From Basidiobolus meristosporus CBS 931.73 (taxonomy: Eukaryota > Fungi > Basidiobolomycota), in contig MCFE01000004.1 of assembly GCA_002104905.1 (NCBI GenBank), positions 216,067 to 280,066 on the forward strand: a DNA stretch of 64,000 bases. Reading direction: 5' to 3'. The notes beneath the pieces were generated by a model, which saw only the letters and a list, made by a program, of their open reading frames with translations, was not told the origin of the DNA and ran no database searches. Below are positions 38,671 through 51,259 of the stretch, one piece after another. The position numbers and the translations under genes were made by a program. Positions within the stretch are counted from its first letter, which is position 1. Every line of letters begins with the position of its first letter.

Positions 38671-39747
38671 TTATCCATGAAATTTGCAATGCTCGGGAGA
38701 TTTTTTAACCTAAAACCTGCTTATATATAGACTCAATTGGTTTTTAGTAGGAAACGATGGACAGTATGTAGGAGGCGAAGTGTATTGGCTAGAGACCTTA
38801 CATCTGCAATGCATGTCAGCGGAGTTGGGCAAATTCGTGAATTTGGAGGGGGAAAAGATCATTTAACCGAAATAGTTCGAAATATACTACCTTGGCGCTC
38901 CATGCACATACAACATGAGCTGGCATGAAGACAGAAAGTGTATAAAGAATAAGAAATGAGACCCCAGGGAGTCTTTCTGCTCCCCATGTTTGACAGTTTT
39001 ACGCGATGGCTCTAGAGGTCTTCGATTCGGATACGAGAATATTTGCAGTTGGAGGACCATCTAGAATCGGATTCATCAGCAATCTTGGTGCTGATAGGCA
39101 ATCATCGGATGAAAATTCATTACTGTATTGGGACGTCGATGCCAAGTGTACCTGGTTTGGATCTCAGGACGAGAGATTGGTTTTTAATTGCTATGACGAT
39201 AATGACGACAACTACTCCTATGCTTCCAGTTCACTCAGTCTAGAGTCGTGCTCGGTGGAAGTATTGTTCGATAGGAGGCCAACCAAACTGGCAGGTTTAC
39301 GGGATAAAATCCGAGGCTCGATCAAGGTAGTTTGCGTCTAGAAAGTATTTCCAAGTCATACGAATTAAATGTCAAACCAGCACAATCTTGGCTTCTTTCT
39401 TCATAATGAAAAATGGATACTTGATGGTCTATATCTCATCGCTCTAGGGCATCACAAAATCAGAGCAGCCAAGTCCAGAGTGAAAGTCAAAGTAAACAAA
39501 CTCTAGGCACCCTTAATTTCGCTACTCACCTAATGCATATAGAGACTTAATCAGACTGTTAATTCTAACCACAAAGATTACCTCATAATCTCCCACTAAC
39601 CGCTCCATCCTACTTCTGTCGCGTAATTTAATGTGGTCAGCATTTTTATTATTAAATTGATAGAGAAGCGTGCGATGGAGGGAGTGGAATGCCGAGAAAT
39701 GCCATTTGACACAATGAGCTGTCTTGCCGAAGCTATGGAACAGCGAG

Positions 39748-40522
39748 CTATGTCTTGCTGATCAATTGGATTTGTTTCAAGTCGAAATAAAGATAGTTTT
39801 CATCATCGGAGGTTTTGGGTGAGCCATCCACCAGGATTTTTTCAAGGAATCCGGGCGCATCAAGAACCATCGTATGATACTCTCCTAGTTCTCCTCCAAC
39901 GTCGATTTCATTTTGCAATTTGGGGAAGATGTCTGACACTGTCTTGAGATTCAGCTGCTTTCCCACCAGAAGTTCTGCCCCGTCAGGGCCGCATTGACGT
40001 TTATTCGCACAGGTTAGTAAAATGTCATATCCGTGGCTGATTAGACTTTGGATTAAAGCTGCTCTTTCTATATCCCATAACGGCCTCCACAATTCTACCC
40101 CTGAATTCTCCACCACGCGTTCCATGAAACAGGTCTTTGTTACATCAATGATATCTCCTAACAAGATGCAAAAGCAAAACGACTGAGCTTCGGATAAAGC
40201 AAACATGAAATCCCCGAATTCCGCTCGTACCTGTAACCAAAGCTGATATTTTTAGCTCCTCTTTCAGTTGAAGTACATTCTCCTGATAGCTCTCTAGATA
40301 CGGCTCCTTTATGATACAGTATCTGTGGGGTAAACCAAGAGCAGAAGCTTGAGCTTTGATGAGTTCCTTGTTGTGGGCAAGGAACTCCTTCTCTAAGCTG
40401 GGAGTGAAGGTAACCAAGGTGGCTATCTCAAAGCCCGCTTCTTTGGCTTGTTGTAGAGCATAAACCGAATCTTTCCCGCCGGTAAACGCGACGACTGCTC
40501 TAACTATTGGCTGTGTGGACAT
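39748..40522 (-). CDS. PP-loop ATPase of the Dph6/MJ0570 (diphthine-ammonia ligase-like) family, 2 exons
   Basis: AFTGGKDS PP-loop; LIKAQASALGLP; GDII; RPLWD; DVGGELGEYHTMVLDAPGF. Confidence 0.85.
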
Positions 40523-40883
40523 AACGATAATTCAGAAGTACGAATTTCTCTTGATAGCGTACTACCAGAAGGTCAACCAATCGCTCATTGCCAATCAAAC
40601 TAATCTGATACGGCAGTCCAAAAATATCCAAGTTCCACTTGGTTTCCTGGCCGGATCGCCGAAAATGAGTGTAGTGCCACACCGATCGTTAATGGCTATT
40701 TGCCGCATCCAAGGGTCCGAGCTTCAGAATATTAAACAAGAGCACAAGATGAACAAGAAAATATTGGTGCAACTTTACTTTGCGCCTGCTGACGAGTATC
40801 CGATTATGCAAATGAGTCAGTTGCGGTAAATAGAGATGAAGATGAATCTATATGTGGAAGGGGTAGTGTACATGATTTTTTGG

Positions 40884-41427
40884 CTATTGCAGGGCAGACT
40901 CGTAATAGAGCAGAATCAGAGTAACTACCAGCGTTGAGGTAGCAATGACTATGAACAAAGCGGTCATGAGTTGTCTAGGTGGTATAGGCATTCTGGAGGT
41001 GGCATGTATAGATTGTATAAGAAGGTAGCTGAAGAGTGCCAAGATTATTGTTACAATTGCTGTGAATAGATAGAAGATTGCAATCATTAGAGTTAGTCCG
41101 TGGTCAAGCGCGGGGGTAATTTCGTGGGAGGAGTTGATGTCAGAGCGACAGAGGATTGATGCCCCGAACCCGACCAACAGGATTGAAAAACGAACCCACA
41201 CTAAGAATGTCCGTTCGTATCCTAGTAATATACCATTAGCGACTGTCAGGGAGGCTGAGGGGTTGCTCAGACATACCTAGCTGATCTCTTGCGGTGCTAC
41301 CGTTGTTTCTGATGATTAGGCTTTCTCCCTGGAGGAGCTTGCACAGCCACGGTTCATTACGAGCGGTTGGATCTAGCGGGCGTAAAAGTAATGGGTCGGT
41401 TTCCAATGCGATATGCTTATATGTCAT
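40884..41427 (-). CDS. DUF202 / VTC1-like small membrane protein, 2 exons
   Basis: NNGSTARDQL + intron + ANERTFLVWVRFSILL; three hydrophobic helices. Confidence 0.8.
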
Positions 41428-42517
41428 GCTGGGGCCAAGCTACTCTAAAGTCTGGATAAATGGAATATCTTTATGAAGCAAATTCAAAACAGGCAAGGCC
41501 AAAGCGTACCTTATATACAGGTATATATGGAGGGTACGACCATGACAGACACGTGAAGCCGCCCTTACTAAAGTTTTCCGAAGGGGCTACTAAACCAATC
41601 ACAAAGTTCATCTCGGTGATTTGAGATAGCCTTCGAAACAAGTGTCACTTCGGGTTGGTGTAACATATGCCCTCTCTAGGCTTTAGTACATCTATCTTCA
41701 ACCTAGTCTCGGATTGCAATGGAAAAACAAACTCGTCGGATTGTGACACCGATCTCATATGACGGTGATAACAATTCAACGCATCTAGGATATCCCGCCT
41801 AATATCCCGCTAAACGGCGCGTTCTTTGAGGGTTCCTAACATATCATTGACCTAACCCCAAATATGGAATTGGCAGGGTTACGTTAATAAATCTCTAACC
41901 ATCTAATATCTTCATCCATCACTAACTTTTTATGGGTGTTTCCGATATATCCCTGGATTCCATGCGACCGCATGCATAAGGGTGCATCAACGTGTATCGG
42001 TGGTAAAGGGCCAAGAGCGAACACCAGCTTTTGATGTTGGCATTGGCTTGGCTGCGCTAACGAGACCAAAGCGACGTCAAAACTAGCGAGTGTGTATACG
42101 TCTGTTATATCTACTCCCTCTGGACCGGCAGTCAGCTATAGGGAAAATATCCGACAACTAGATATGCAACTGCACTACATGATCGTAACATTCTACAGAT
42201 GCGTGATAGGTAAAAAGGGAGATTCCTTGGTGTTCCAATTCTCCTCTTTTTTAGTTTATTTATTCCCCGTAATGGCTGTACAGTATACAGATCATTCAAT
42301 GCTCACCCCACACTCTACAGCCCCTTTTAAGTGGTTCAGTAGTTACTATCTTTATAACCTTGCGCTTGTCAACTTATTTCTAGCCTGCATTTCCCATCGA
42401 TACCCCTTCACATTTATTTCCTTTACCTCTCCAACCTTTATCAATCTAATTTTTGCGCCGACCCTCTATTATTTACACATCAAGCATTCCGGTCACTCCC
42501 TTTGAATATTTATCAAA

Positions 42518-45500
42518 ATGAGTTACAAAAGGGACATGGGTGGTCCGGTGGAGCACCACGATCTATCGGAGCTCCCCTCCCCCAATGTTGATGATATCGT
42601 TTCCCTGCTGAAGAGCCGAATTCAATCGGGTATTCTTTACACTGGGATTGGTGCTCGTACCCTGGTGGCTCTCAACCCACCGAGTTCGTCGGAGCGCTCA
42701 CATGAGGCTTTGATGAACGAATACCTAGCGGAATACAAGGATACATCCGGGCAGTGCGATCGCCTTCCTCCTCACATTTTCCAGGTAATGACAAATGCAT
42801 ACCTGGAGATGCGCAGGACTGGATACGACCAAGTGCTTCTTTTCAGGTAATCTCATTGCTAAACTAATGGACCCCATACCGCCCAGACTAACTGCATTCA
42901 TTATCAGCGGGGAAACGGCCAGTGGAAAGTCCTGGAACAAAGGCTGCGCTCTTGATATGCTCAACAGGATACGAGAATCCTCCAAGAAGGAATCCTACAT
43001 CCTGAGCCAAGTCATGAACGCAAACTTCATCTTGAATGCGTTTGGAAATGCCAGCACTATCCACAACCCCAATGCCTCGCGTTTCGGCAACTACACAGAA
43101 ATCCAGTTTAGCGAGAAAGGGAGAGTTATCGGAGCCAAAATATTAGACTATTTGTTAGAAAAATCTAGAGTGACCCGTGTTTCACAGAACGAGTCCAACT
43201 TCCACGCTTTTCGCTACCTCTACAATGGGATCACCGAAGAGGAACGCAAGCATCTCCAGCTAGACAGCACGAATTTCCATTATCTCCAGGGCAATGCGGG
43301 CGCCAACACTGCAGTACAGTCCGAGTTGGGTGAGCTGCGTAAGGCTCTGAAGTCCCTAGGCTTCAACAAAAAATACCAAAGCCAGATATTCCGTCTGCTT
43401 GCGGCCATTCTCCATCTGGGCAATGTCAATTTTGTAGATCATCCCAACAAAGCAAGCGAAGCAGCCTATGTTAAGAATGTAGACGTGCTAGAAGTGGCGG
43501 CTGATTTCTTGGGAGTTGATCCGGCTTCCCTCGAGAATGTGCTGACTTACAAGTCCAAGATGATCCGGAAGGAGGTTTGCACCGTCTTCTTGAACGCACA
43601 GCAAGCAGAGTGTCAAAGAGATGATTTGGCCAAAGCATTATATTCCCTTCTCTTTAGTTGGATAGTTGAGTTCATCAATACCAAGCTTTGTTCGGAAAAG
43701 CAGACGAATTTCATTGGTTTTGTGGATATGTTTGGCTTCCAAAGCTACGAACATAATTCGTTTGACCTTTTCTGCGTCAACTTCGCTAATGAGCGTCTCC
43801 ATCATTTCATTAACCATCAGATCTTCGAGGCCAGACTGGAGGAGTACCATGAGCAAGGCATTAATATCCCGGAAATCCCATTCTTTGACAATTCACAATG
43901 CCTTGATTTATTAATGAAGCCCAATGTTGGTCTGATCGCAATTTTGGAGAAGCAGGCGAAGAGTACAAAGGCAGCCCCGACGGATGAATCAGTTTTGGAG
44001 CTATTCTCGAAGAACCACTCGTCCAACACGAACTATCAACTATCCCCTCAGAATTCCACCTCACACTTCTCCATCCAACACTACGCTGGTTCCGTCTCTT
44101 ACCAGATTACCGATTTTCTTGACAAAAACACCGAAAATATCGGTTCCGAATTTGTTGGACTTTTCCGCGGCGGTGCGGATATGTCTTCCACCACCAACCC
44201 CTTCATCGCTGGTCTATTTAGCGAGAAAACGGTTGCCTACGAAATCCATCCTCGCAACGAGAAGGCTATCGTCTCTGCACAGCAACCGGCCGCTCCTATG
44301 AGAAAACCATCGATGCGTCGCCCGAAGAAAGATGACAAGGAGAGTGCAAAAACCACATGTATTGCTACACAGTTTCAACAGGCTATGAACGACTTGATCG
44401 AGACGTTGGAGGAGACTATCCCTTGGTTCGTGTTGTGCATTCGACTAGGCGATGGCCAGAATTCCAGCGAAGTTGATAATAAGAAGCTCCGGAACCAGGT
44501 GCGCTACCTCGGACTCGCAGAGATGGCCAAGGTCAATCAACTTGAGTACACTTCATGCTTAACACATGACGAGTTCTCTGAACGATACAGGAGTGTCATC
44601 GAGTCGATGGGGGTTGAACAATCCCGTGATCCCAAAACGAAATGTCAAGTGGCCCAAACCATACTCGGCTTTAGCGAGCGCGACATGATCATTGGATCTA
44701 CCAAGGTATATCTAGGATACACTGCTTGGCGTAATTTAGAAAACAACCTGCGCAATACAGAGCAAAAAAAGCACGGTGATAGAAGTAACGGTCTTTTGGA
44801 TCCCCAGTCTACTCATGCGGCAACCAACATGCCCCCAGCCTATCTCCTATCACCGTCAGTAGCCGACAATCAATCCTATCTCAGCGGGGATGATGTTCGC
44901 TCTTTCTACAGTGATGATGATTACTTCGAGCGTGCCGAGACTGACTCTGCTATGGGGTCGGAGGTTTATTCGATTTCACAAGGGAACCTAAGGGAGCTGG
45001 AGGCAAAGAAAATGGCCGAGGTCAACAGAGTCCAGGAAGAACAGGAGAAAATTCCACTGTCAAAGCAACGTAAAAAGTGGCTTTGCTGTACGTGGGGATT
45101 GACGTGGTGGATCCCGACCTGCTGCCTCCGAACATGCGGGAAAATGACGCGGCCAGACATCCAGATTGCCTGGAGAGAGAAGACGGCCCTGTGTATTCTC
45201 ATTCTCGTAATGTGCCTATTCGTTCTTTTCTTCTTGATCTTCTTCGGCGAGTTGATCTGCCCAAGACAGTATGTATTCTCAAAGGATGAGCTCGGAGCTT
45301 ACAATACTAAGGATAAGCCATATGTATCGATCCGTGGTGAAGTATTTACAATCAAGGATTTCATTCATAAGCAAGTAAGCAACGACGAATTGGTGAAAAA
45401 TTACGCAGGAAGGGACGTATCCGACCTTTTCCCCATCCAGGTGAGCTATCTCTGCGACGGCCGCTCCGAATATGGAATCAACCCTGCAGTAGTTCTTCAA

Positions 45501-48164
45501 AACTATACCGACTTGAACGCTGGCTACCATGACTATCGATATGCCAAGGTCGGGAATGACATGTCCAACTTCTATCAGGATCGCATCATGGCCTATCTAA
45601 GAGCCAAAAATCTGAAAGGTCAAATGGCGTGGGCTCCGGAGACAATCAGCGATGCTGGAAAGAAGCAGAACTATGCCTGGGGGATCATCGATAACATGGT
45701 CTACGATATTGACTCTTACAGTCGTGGCCAAGTCTACGCTGCCTATCCTCCGAACACCATCCCCTCTGGAAACGCTGACCTGGACTTCATGGACCCGTTT
45801 TTGGTTTCCTTATTCACCAACAACAAAGGCGAGGATCTCACATCTCGTTTCAATCGCCTCTATGCAGACAACCCGGTTCTCAAATCACGAATGAAGGTGT
45901 GCTTGCAGAACATCTTCTACGTAGGGGTGGTTGATACGCGTAACTCGGCACAATGCAAATTCTCCAACTACATACTTCTCGCCTCTTCCATTTTCCTGGG
46001 TTCCGTCCTCTTTTTCAAATTCCTGGCCGCACTGCAGCTTGGGTCCCGTCGGGAGCCTGAAGATCATGATAAATTTGTGGTGTGCCAGATTCCATGCTAC
46101 ACTGAGGGTGAGGAATCGCTGCGTGGCACAATTGACTCACTAGCGGTGCTTAAATATGATGACAAGCGTAAGCTCCTGTTCATTGTTGCCGATGGTATGA
46201 TTGTAGGAGGTGGAAACGACCGGCCGACCCCCAGGATTGTTCTGGACATATTGGGGGTAGACCCTGGAAATGATCCGGAGCCACTTGCATACCATGCTCT
46301 AGGTGAAGGAAACCAGCAACTGAACATGGCCCAGGTCTACACTGGGCTCTACGAATGCTCGGGCCATGTAGTCCCATACCTTGTGGTGGTGAAGGTTGGT
46401 AAAGCAACTGAACGCTCGAGGCCTGGAAATCGTGGCAAGCGTGACTCCCAACTGGTTTTGATGAACTTTTTCAACAAGGTTCACTTCCAAAAAGAAATGA
46501 ATCCACTGGAGTTGGAGATGTATCACCAAATCAAGAATGTCATCGGCGTTGATCCTTACTTCTACGAGTACGTTCTGATGGTGGACGCCGATACCATTGT
46601 ATTGCCGGACTCACTGAATCGAATGATCTCGTGCATGCTTCATGACACAAAGATTATGGGCATTTGTGGGGAGACGGAGCTAATGAACGAAAAGGCAACA
46701 TTCATCACCATGATTCAAGTTTACGAATACTTCATCTCCCACCACTTGAACAAGGCTTTTGAATCTTTGTTTGGCTCGGTCACCTGCTTACCTGGATGCT
46801 TCTGCATGTATCGTCTCCGCACACCAGTGAAGAACCAACCGTTGTTGATTGCCAACTGCATCTTGGAGGATTACTCGGAAAACAAGGTCGACACTCTGCA
46901 CAAGAAGAACTTGCTCTCCTTGGGAGAAGATCGTTACTTGACTACGCTTATGTTGAAACACTTCAATTACCACAAGATGACCTTCACGCCTGATGCCAAA
47001 TGTAGGACCAATGCGCCAGATACGTGGTCGGTGCTCCTTTCACAGCGTCGTAGATGGATCAACTCCACGATTCATAACCTCTCGGAATTGCTGTATCTAC
47101 CCAGGCTCTGCGGATTTTGCTGCTTCTCCATGCGTTTTGTTGTATTTTTGGATTTACTCTCCACCATCATATTGCCTATCCAGTGTATTTACTTGGCATA
47201 TCTGATCTACAAGGTAGTGAGCGATCCTACCACCGTTCCATTGATGTCACTGGTCCTTCTGGCATGTATCTATGGTTTCCAAGTGGCCATATTCATATTC
47301 AAGCGCCAGTGGCAGCATATTGGCTGGATGATCGTTTATCTCTTCTCACTGCCAGTATTTAGCATGTTCCTTCCGATTTATGCATTCTGGCATTTTGACG
47401 ACTTCTCTTGGGGTAACACTCGCGTGGTTGTTGGGGAAAAAGGAAAGGTGGGCCATGTTTCGACAGAAGAGAAGTTCGACATCAACAGCATCCCACTGAA
47501 GAAATGGAACGATTATGAGCAAGAGCTTTGGGAAGTAGGCTCGCACGTCTCGCACGACTCTCGGGATTCCCGAAGCTCTGCCAGAACCGCTAAAACCCAC
47601 GATAGTTATCGCAGTCATTTTTCCAAGAAATCTAAGGTCACCGATCATAGTATCATGAACACGCCTATGTCTGCATACAATGGAATGGACAGCTACCTTT
47701 CTCCAAGTGGTGGCAACAGGTCAAGATCTCCCGCACCCGATCTCCGAGCATATAGCCATGTAAGGATGTCACCTATGGTCAACGCACAGGCCTCTCGCTC
47801 TCGAGAACGATTTTCACGCGGTGGATACTCTTCAGCAGGCTCCGATTATGGAGGAGACCAACGCAACCGAAGTGGTTCGGCACACAACCTGTCAGCCTAT
47901 TCCCAGGCACCCTCACTATCACCGTCTGTGGTAGGAGATGACTACCGGAACGGCAGTAGTCGCCGAGGTAGTGCAGCGGGAGGCCTCCCTACTGACGAAG
48001 AAATTTTGGAGGAGGTCCGTGCAATCTTATCAGTAGCAGACCTAATGACCATCACGAAAAAGCAAGTTCGTGACGAGCTGACCCGCTACTTCGCAGTGGA
48101 CATGACTTATCGCAAGGACTATGTGAACAGTTGTATTGACATGATCCTTCAAGGAAAGCTCTGA
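42518..48164 (+). CDS. Class V chitin synthase with N-terminal myosin motor, cytochrome b5-like and DEK-C domains
   Basis: P-loop SGETASGKS, NASRFG, DMFGFQ; GT2 motifs LGEDRYL and QRRRW; C-terminal DLMTITKKQVR; one intron near 42847-42900. Confidence 0.96.
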
Positions 48165-49001
48165 TAGCTTAGACTGAACAGTTGTATCGACATGAAAGCC
48201 CTGATAGCTCAGACCATGGAAAATGCACTTACCCTATACACGCCTATTCCATTCCATCCTGATTTGTCAACGACTCTATCCTATCCTTATACGCGTAGCG
48301 TAATACCATTTTGTTGATTTGTCGAAATATCAACTCCATCTCCTCCATCCAACTACAAAATAAATGTTGCATAGCACTGGAACTGCCCATATGTGACGGT
48401 AATTTCCAAGTTTCTTATCAATTACGAGGATATTTAGGGAATCCAAACGTGCTCCTGCCATTCATGAAAATTCTCCCGATCTGGAATATTGATACACATG
48501 TTTGGATATGTCCTTTTTGCCTTTTCTGCGACCGCCATCCCGAACAATTCTAATAGGCCGGAGCTAGGCCTATTGAAACCACCAGTGCTCGGCTTGGAAG
48601 AAAGTGCACTATATTTAGATGGCCTCTTCGGATGTTATCCCTCATCTATCCTGTATGGCAATTCAATCCCTGTTTCCGTAAGGATAAAATCCCTATTATA
48701 TCGGCGCTCCTGTGTGAGTGATCGTTTATCCGGGTTATTCATAAACCATATCGGTCCTATGTGTGGCAAGTACACCATCATAAATGGTTGCCACATCCAA
48801 GAATGCCACTTTTGAGCAGTAAACCAATCGCGCGAATGTGGCTAATATCTTCTCCAACTGTCTGATAATGACATGGCACTTGGATATGCTGCAGCTAGAA
48901 GGGTCGATCTACAGCAGATCCGAAATATCACGATGGCTCACGTTTTATTACCGCCCTCGCGCACAGTGGGTGAAGTTTCTGCCATGACCCGCATACGTTC
49001 T

Positions 49002-49080
49002 GTTGCTTGATTTACAACCTTGTAAGCATAGGTGTTCGTTGCTTGATTCACAACCTTATAAGCATAGGTGTTCGTTGCTT
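49002..49080. repeat. 36-bp tandem repeat, about 2.2 copies
   Basis: GTTGCTTGATT(T/C)ACAACCTT(G/A)TAAGCATAGGTGTTC at 49002-49037 and 49038-49073, plus GTTGCTT. Confidence 0.9.
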
Positions 49081-49753
49081 AGAAGCGAAAAAGGAGGTTT
49101 AGCACCATTGGTCGTGAGAATTAATCACCAACAAGGTTTAATCGACTCTGGCCATACTGAACAATCGATCACGATTAATCGATAAGCCGGAAAGGTAAAT
49201 ATGAAAGGAAACAATGCACTACAATGGATCGATAACCCAGAGTATTATCACCGATTTATTGAGCAACTAATTGTGTAATACAGATGAACTGGCCAAGGTG
49301 GAAGAGGAATTGCTGAAGCTAGGTATCCATAAGGGAAAAGGAATGAACCGTCTAGTTGATCCGAATATATCAGGGAGATCAAGTTACATACTGCTTACAT
49401 TGGATTTCCAAATTGGTGAGCCAGGGTTGAGAGGTTCTGGATAGTATGAGGGAAAATGAAACTCCTGGTGGATTTTGGAAAAGCCATCTTACATAATGGT
49501 CCGGCCGTATAGGATTATGAAACAGTCAAGTGTAAATTGAATAAACATCAATATAGCTAGCAAGTGTCCAAATTAGTGTCTATCGCTCATCACCTGCTCG
49601 TATCTATCCTTAAATATCGATTCGCACTCGAATCACACTCGAATCACACTCCTATAAAATCACGCCGGGCAAACTCCATACATCAGACAAAATCATAGAT
49701 TTCACTTTCTATTCTCACTACCTCCGACTTTCACCACTTGCATCGGTCTCAAC

Positions 49754-50869
49754 ATGAACTCTCTTGATATGCTCCCTGCTGAGATCCATTTCCAGATCAT
49801 GGGTTACCTTGAGCCCAAGTCACTCTCACGGTTGTCCATGACCTCCAAAGAGTTCCATATGAAGTGCTCCGCCGAATATTTCTGGTTGCAATATTGCCGT
49901 GAGTTTGGCGTAAATGGTTTAGGCTCAGGCCCCATTAGATCGTATCGAAAGCTTTATACCCAACTATTGCACAACAACGGATGGCTTCTTGGTTACTGGT
50001 TTGGCAACTTCCCAGTCAACGGAGAGTTTATAAAAACCGAGTGGGATCAAGACACCAATAGCTTGACAGCCTACCGTGTTTCTTGCCAAAATACCGCCTC
50101 TCCAATCGTTCGCCCAAGAGCCAACAACCCTGCGCCGTTGCATATTGAACAGCTGAGCCTTACCACTCGCAAGGACAAAATCTTCTCTGTCTCCATCAAC
50201 GAAATCACTTCAAAATTGGAGTTCAGATGCGCTGAAAACCATGCTGTGGAGCTTTGGAAACGCCCTTTCCACTCACATGAGGGGAGCAACCTATGGGCAA
50301 CTATGGAAAACGAATTGAAAACTGACCCCAACTCAGCCACAGACCTTCAAACCCCCAGCATTCCTTCTGCTGAGAGACCTAGCTTCTCTTGGAAGTGTTG
50401 CGAATCGTGTCACGAGTTCGCCGGATTTCATGCTAATGGCTTTATCCCTGGCCTTGCTAAACTACACCCAGATGAGGTCCAGCCTACCAAAGAGCGTCCC
50501 ATGCAAGGTGTTTGGGTGGGAACCTACGGAATGCACGGTTGTGAAATACTACTCTTCAACCAAAATCCTGCAACACATGAGCTCACTGCACGTAAACTCA
50601 CTGGTGATTTGAATATTCCTCGTAGTGAGTTGACGTTTGTTGCTCACATGGACGACGAACACAAGCACACCAATTTGATTGGGTTTGAGAATGGTAGATT
50701 ATTCAAAGGACAGGGTCAAATCGCCACGTTGGGCTTCTTTGATCGGAGTATGACTGATATTGAAGTCATCGTCTTGTCTGAGGACGAGGTGGCTGTTCAT
50801 TGGCCAAGTCTCAACAGAATTGCCAGATACCAACGTGTTCTTGATAGTCAGGCCTCCTTGATCTGTTGA
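49754..50869 (+). CDS. F-box protein, FBXO31-like (C-terminal cyclin D1-binding-type domain)
   Basis: F-box LDMLPAEIHFQIMGYLEPKSLSRLSMTSK; GVWVGTYGMHGCEIL; ARKLTGDLNIPRSELTF. Confidence 0.85.
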   Translation: MNSLDMLPAEIHFQIMGYLEPKSLSRLSMTSKEFHMKCSAEYFWLQYCREFGVNGLGSGPIRSYRKLYTQLLHNNGWLLGYWFGNFPVNGEFIKTEWDQDTNSLTAYRVSCQNTASPIVRPRANNPAPLHIEQLSLTTRKDKIFSVSINEITSKLEFRCAENHAVELWKRPFHSHEGSNLWATMENELKTDPNSATDLQTPSIPSAERPSFSWKCCESCHEFAGFHANGFIPGLAKLHPDEVQPTKERPMQGVWVGTYGMHGCEILLFNQNPATHELTARKLTGDLNIPRSELTFVAHMDDEHKHTNLIGFENGRLFKGQGQIATLGFFDRSMTDIEVIVLSEDEVAVHWPSLNRIARYQRVLDSQASLIC

Positions 50870-51259
50870 TCATCTCAAACATTCATCCACATGATCTTTT
50901 GTGGCATAGATCCCGCACCAATTGTACATAAATATCTGCTAATTTCTATTGTATACAATAAATAATATCTACATATCCGAATATCTCCAGAAAGGTAATG
51001 GCGGTTTTATACTAGGTTTAGCTGACAGCCCAATGAGAATGATCATGTGGAGTGGCTTGTGAGAACGGATCGGAATTCTTAATCATCTTGTATATTTAAA
51101 GGTAGCTTGGTGGTGTACTATGGTTTGGATGATCATGATAATCTTAACATGGTTATGTGCGTCTTTCAGAGCATTATTCACCATCTGTTAATTAACAGAT
51201 GCGCCTTCTCTAAAATTTTGATGAAATAATCTTCCGGAATTCTGGTTACCCGGTCTTTC

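Noticed and set aside
42092-42505. 137-aa hydrophobic ORF upstream of the chitin synthase
   Set aside because: Non-ATG start; the pyrimidine-rich promoter/5' UTR explains the hydrophobic bias
49002-49080. CRISPR-like 36-bp repeat starting GTT
   Set aside because: Copies are directly adjacent with no spacers, there are no cas genes, and the context is eukaryotic
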